DNA of 64,000 nucleotides from an uncultured Chloroflexia bacterium (GTDB lineage Bacteria; Chloroflexota; Anaerolineae; JAAYZQ01), in assembly GCA_963700285.1 (NCBI GenBank), contig CAVOXA010000010.1, positions 1,472,001 to 1,536,000 on the forward strand. Reading direction: 5' to 3'. Made by a program: the position numbers and the translations under genes. The notes below the pieces were generated by a model. That model was not told the origin of the DNA. It saw only the letters and a program-made list of their open reading frames with translations, and made no database searches. Below, one piece after another: positions 58,973 through 64,000 of this stretch (the first letter of the stretch is position 1; each line of letters starts with the position of its first letter).

Positions 58973-59524
58973 GCCAGAGGGGTAGCAGCGGGAACAGAAA
59001 CACGGACAAACCGAAAGTAGGACAACTTGTGCCCCATGGCTATTGCCCTTCAACCCCTCAGTGGCTCTTGAAGCCACGGCTGTGAGTAGCAGAGACCTGG
59101 GATACGGCTTTTCTTTGCGGTGGCGTGATGCAATGATCGACCGAAGGAAGCCATGTTCTGGTAGCAGGCCGTGGAATGCGGGAGTTTCCAAGGGGCTAAT
59201 CAAAAAGTCCACAGACCTTGCGCTCGTTGGCAACCGTTGGCTTTGACTCGTACCCAATCCAATTATAGCATACGATTGCTATATTGCCAAGCCTAGTTTC
59301 TTCAGCTTGGCGATCGGGTTCGCCTGTCAGAACTCCAGACCTGGTCCAGACAAGACTAAATCTTTGCCGGGCTGCTATTCGTGGTTCGGCGCTACACACG
59401 GCTCAATACCTCACAAGCCAAGGTGGCACATTGAAAAAGCAGAAAAAGGAGGAAATACCCTATTTCCCCACTGCTGGGCAGAGTACGTCTGCCTTGGATG
59501 CGTGCCGAATCAACCCCGGTGAGA

Positions 59525-59553
59525 TTGACAACACATCCAAGGTGGGTTATAAT
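59525..59553 (+). promoter_or_regulatory. consensus sigma70 promoter of the sugar ABC operon
   Basis: TTGACA-17 nt-TATAAT. Confidence 0.8.
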
Positions 59554-59705
59554 ACCTCTTGTGAAGGAGGAGGTTCAATGGCGAAGGCAACCTCGGTCCA
59601 TGGCAGGCTCTTGGCCTGCCGGTACTACATCTTGCTCATTTCTTCCTTCCAGGGGAGGCGTTCAGGGTCACCATCTATGCCATATCCTGGCCCGAAGGAG
59701 ACCCA

Positions 59706-61154
59706 ATGAGCGCTGGCTTTTTTTCTGGCCGGAAGGGTCGTGCTCGGCGGGAAACCCTCACCGCCTACCTCTTTTTGCTCCCCTCCATCGTCGTCATCTT
59801 TGTCTTTGGCCTTTGGCCGGTTACCCACGCGCTGTACGTCAGCATGCACAAATGGAATATCAAACCCAAGGGTTCGGAGTGCCTGCCCTATTGGCTGGCA
59901 TCGGCTGGGTATTGGATCGCCCGAGGCCTTGGAGCAGACGGACTGCCTAGGGCTCGACAACTATGTGGAGCCTGCTGGGCCTGCAGAACCTGTCCGCGAT
60001 TGTAGGCGATGATCTTGGCTGTCGTTCTGGGCACGGTGGCCTACAGCCTGTGGAAAAGGGCGAGGCGAGGCAGAAAGGGCAGGCATCGGCTACCAGGTCG
60101 TGGCCGGGGTGGCCGCGTTGTTGGCCATCTTCTTTTTGGTTCGGGCCATCCCTGGCCTGGTTGATTCCGGGGAATGGACCTACCTGGTCAGCATCGGCCT
60201 GTTCTTGGTGGCCTGGCTGGTCTGGAAAGGCGCAGGCATGAGCGGCTCGTACGCTGAAACTCATCCTGCGCTGGCTGGCCGTCATCGCCCTGATCGCCAG
60301 CGCCCTCTGGTTCTTTTTTGTCGACTTTCAGCGCATGTGGGACATGGGCAACCAGGATTTCTTCAAGTCGCTGATCTACACCGTCTTTTACTCGATCGGG
60401 ACGGTGCCTATCCAGTTGAGTGTCTCTCTGGCGCTGGCCTATATCCTATTCCAAGGTATTCGGGGACAGGGGGCGTTCCGTTTGCTCTACTTTATGCCCT
60501 ATATCGCCCCCTCGGTGGCCACAGCTGTCGTGTTCAAGCGCATCTTTTCCCTGCGGGACACGGGCCTGATGAACAGGTTCATCGGATTCTGTTGGTGTCC
60601 CGCCCCAGAAGTGGCTGCACGAAGCCAAAGGCGTCAACGTCGTTATCATGGACCTGATCAACCAATTCTTTGGCACCAGCCTGACCTGGCCCGACTTCTC
60701 CGACCCGCTCAACACGATCCTCAGCGGGCCCAGCCTGGCGCTGGTGTCGATCATTATCTACAACTGGTGGGTCTTTGTCGGCTATGACACCGTCATCTAT
60801 CTGGCTGGCCTGGGCGCCATCCCCCACGAGCTGTACGAAGCGGCCGAGATCGATGGCGCCGGGCGCTGGTCGCTCTTTCGCAAGATCACCATCCCGCTGC
60901 TGTCGCCGACCACCTTTTTCCTGACGATCATTGCCACCATCGGCACCTTCAAGGCATTCAACCACATCTGGATGATGAAGGAGTTGACGGCACGCGACAC
61001 GGTGGATACGGCCAGCATCCTGATCTTCCAGACCTTCCGCGCCGATGGCAAGTTTGGTGAGGCAGCGGCCATGGCCTTTATCCTGTTTGGCATCATCCTG
61101 GTGCTGTCACAGATCCAGAATCGCATCGGGGAGAAGCTGGTGTTCTATGGCTAG
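59706..61154 (+). CDS. carbohydrate ABC transporter permease (frameshifted in this sequence)
   Basis: AYLFLLPS; EAA loop LYEAAEIDGA...FRKITIPLLSPT. Confidence 0.85.
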
Positions 61155-62542
61155 GCCGCAAAGTTCCCAGTCCTGTATCGGATCGACTCCGGATCGCATT
61201 GGGACGAGGGTCCACCTATCTGATCCTGCTCCTGGGCGCCGGTATCATGGTCCTGCCGTTCCTGTGGATGTTGAGCACGTCGGTGATGACCATCGGCGAG
61301 GCCAACGGCGGCCGGTTGTTGCCCCGTGTCGCGCGAATGACTTGCCCCTACGTCAATCTGCCCAAGCTTGTGGAGGGAACGGTCATCGATTTTGCCGTCA
61401 GTCCCGAGGTCCGGGAAGGGGAACAGGAGCTACACACCGACAGCTACTATGTTGAGGTCGCCCCAGGCTCAGAAAGCAGCTGGCAGTGGCAGTTCCGCCT
61501 GGTGAACAACAAGGCCGAGCCTGTAGCCGATCGTGCCTGTGGGACAGCCAGACGGTGCCCTGACGGATGGACTGGCAGTCGATCCCCGATGGCGGCGGGC
61601 CGGTGGACACCGGCCGGGGCCTGTCCTTCACCTTTGCTCCGCCTGGCGGCTTACACAGAGCGCTGACCGCCGGTCTGGCGCTGCTCGAACGGACTATGTA
61701 AACTGTTGCGAGTATCCCACCGACGTTCTGAGAAAGCAGCTGGCCGAGCGTGCCGAGCGGAAATACACAGGGCGGCCCATTCCCGAGGATCTCAGCAACT
61801 GCCGCACAGCTAGGCCGCAAGATCGGCTATTTCTTTTCTGAGTTCATCGGCGGCAACTATTACCAGGCCTGGATCACGGCCAACTTTCAGCGAATATGTG
61901 TGGAACAGCGTCCGCCTCACGGCCATCACGCTGGTCGGGCATCCTGATCGTGTCCACCCTGGCCGCCTATGCCTTTGGCCGGATGAGCTTCCCGGGACGC
62001 GAACTTTCTGTTCGCTCTGCTGCTGTCGACGATGATGATCCCCGAGACGGTGATCATGATCCCCAACTTTTTGACCATCACCGGCAACAACCCCTTCCTG
62101 CCCTTCATCAACTGGTACGATAACTGGCCGGCGCTGACGATTCCCGTTCATGGCCGGCTTTTTTAACATCTTTTTGCTGCGCCAGTTCTTTGCCCAGATC
62201 CCGGACGAGTTGTGGGATGCGGCCCGCATCGACGGCGCGGGGCACCTGCGTTTCCTGGTCCAGGTGGTGCTGCCCCTGTCCAAGGCGCCGATCATGACCG
62301 TCGTCATCTTTGCCTTCATCGGCTCGTGGAACGCCCTGCTGTGGCCCCTGATCGCCACCAAGGCGGGTTCCGACTGGTGGCCCATCTCGGTGGGCTTGCA
62401 GAACTTTGTCAGCGAGGCCGGGCCGGAAACCCACCTGTGGATGGCCGGTGCCAGCATCAGCATGCTCCCTGTCTTGATCCTGTACTTCCTGGCCCAGAAG
62501 CAGTTCATCGAGGGTATTGCCACGACTGGTCTGAAGGGCTAG
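61147..62542 (+). CDS. carbohydrate ABC transporter permease with large periplasmic insert (frameshifted in this sequence)
   Basis: [37 protein letters not shown] and QKQFIEGI. Confidence 0.85.
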
Positions 62543-62654
62543 GTGGCACTGGGCAGCAAGTCTTGGAGCGATCCCAGGGTGGAACCTGCGCACTCCGGTC
62601 CGTCGGACCAGGGGGTCTGGTTCGGGAGACCGGCTGAAGCGCCTGCGCCCATTG

Positions 62655-62670
62655 AAGGAAAGGAGGTGAT
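62655..62670 (+). promoter_or_regulatory. orphan extended Shine-Dalgarno block (STAB-SD-like)
   Basis: AAGGAAAGGAGGTGAT about 110 nt upstream of the SBP ATG, with no properly spaced start codon. Confidence 0.5.
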
Positions 62671-62780
62671 ACGAGCAGCATCGATAACAGCAACCAAGGT
62701 GGCAGACTGCAAGACATGGTTCGCAGATGGCAACAGTTCGATTCGAGCAACCCATCAAGAAATCGGAGGAGAGTAAGCAA

Positions 62781-64000
62781 ATGAGTAAGAAATGGCTGTA
62801 TCATTCTGATGGTGGCCGTGCTGGTCTTGCCTCTGATCCTGACGGCTTGCGGCGTCTACCGAGGCACCGGAGGCACCGGTGCCGACGGAAGCCCCGGCAG
62901 CAGCGCCGACGGAAGCACCTGCGGCAGCCGGCGCCGACGGAAGCCGGAGAGCCTGCCAGCGGCAGAAGGCATGTACGAGGACGTCGATCCCTCGGGCCAG
63001 ACGGTGCTGTGGTGGCACCAGCACACCCGGGAGCGCCAGGAAGGCCTCAACCAGATGGTAGAGGAGTTCAACGCAGACCAACGAGTGGGGCATCACCGTG
63101 GTGGCCGAGTATGCCGGCGGCTATCGCGAGATCTATGACAAGATGATCGCCGCCATCTCGGCCGACGATCCGACCCTGTTGCCCAACCTGACGGTGGGCT
63201 ATGCCAACCAGGTGGCCAAGTACCAGCTCTCCGAGGCCCTGGTCGACATGGACGAGTTCGTGGACAGCCCCAAGTGGGGCCTGACCGAAGAGGAAGTGGC
63301 CGACTTTCCGGCGGGCATCTTTGAGGCCGACGTCAGCCCCCATCTTTGGCGATGGCCACTTCCGCATGGGCTTCCCGCCCAACCGCTCCATGGAGGTGAT
63401 GTACTACAACCAGGACTGGCTGCACCGAGCTGGGCTACGACGGCCCGCCCAAGACCTGGGCCGAGTTCAAGGAGATGGCCTGCGCCGCCACCGACCCCGA
63501 CGCCGGCACGGTCGGCTACGAGATCAGCACCGACGCCTCCCGCTTTGCCAGCATGGTCTTTAGCCGCCACGGCACCTACTTCCTGCCCGACGGCAGCGCC
63601 TTTGACTTTCACCAACGACACCGTCAAAGAGACGATGCGCTTCATGAAGGAGCTCTACGACGAGGGCTGCGTCACCCTCATCGCCGAGAGCTATGGCGAC
63701 CAGACCGACTTTGGCAACTACAAGACGCTGTTCACCATCGGCTCCTCCTCGGGCCTGCCCTACTACGACCAGGCGGTCAAGTCTGGCGAGCAGGGTGAGT
63801 TCCAGTGGGGCGTGGCCGCCTTGCCCTACATGGATGGCGGCGACGAGCCGGTGATGAACCTCTATGGCGCCAGCGTCTCCGTGCCCAAGACCACGCCGGA
63901 GCAGGAACTGGCCGCCTGGCTCTTTGTCAAGTGGTACACCGCGCCGGAGCAGAACGCCCGCTGGGCCAAGATCAGCCAGTACTTCCCCGTCCGCGACGAG
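62781..64000 (+). CDS. extracellular solute-binding lipoprotein (UgpB-like), frameshifted and truncated at the window end
   Basis: GGAGG RBS, lipobox LTAC, PTEAP linker, WWHQH, NRSMEVMYYN and LAAWLFVKW. Confidence 0.85.

Noticed and set aside
59706-64000. Many short ORFs as separate small genes
   Set aside because: They are consecutive frame fragments of two permeases and one SBP.
1-64000. tRNA, rRNA or known riboswitch
   Set aside because: None was recognised by eye. The GAAAGGAGGTGAT blocks match only the 16S tail complement, with no flanking rRNA sequence. A covariance-model search would be needed to exclude ncRNAs.

Overview
A GC-rich bacterial chromosomal window. The gene content and style (ABC solute-binding lipoproteins with VEKVV or PTEAP linkers, a GT39-type membrane protein, PT-rich LysM protein) suggest Chloroflexota/Anaerolineae; this is an inference. 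From left to right it holds: a VapBC-type toxin-antitoxin pair; a GntR-centred divergent catabolic island (sulfatase, UroD-like, FAD oxidoreductase, Dpp-type ABC, AKR, Gfo/Idh/MocA, GT4, heparinase II/III-like lyase, C45) with a 56-bp hairpin tandem array; a metallophosphoesterase-NACHT-FGE(CLec) gene whose 3' end looks like a DGR variable region. That gene is followed by GC hairpins and a truncated DGR-type reverse transcriptase start, which is duplicated around a RAYT transposase, REP palindromes and an mrr fragment. Further right are ABC-F, a CoaE-GNAT fusion, a sugar-phosphate-utilisation (SPU-type) bacterial microcompartment locus, an SPT/AONS-like enzyme, a DUF3524/GTDC1-like glycosyltransferase, a phnDCE transporter, an SBBP beta-propeller gene between two IS remnants, and a sugar ABC operon. 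Three solute-binding-protein genes carry orphan extended Shine-Dalgarno blocks 80-110 nt upstream. Several segments (21.4-24.4, 26-29, 48-52.8 and 59.7-64 kb) have many single-base frameshifts that are most likely sequencing or assembly indels. All family calls come from motif recognition; no database search was run.
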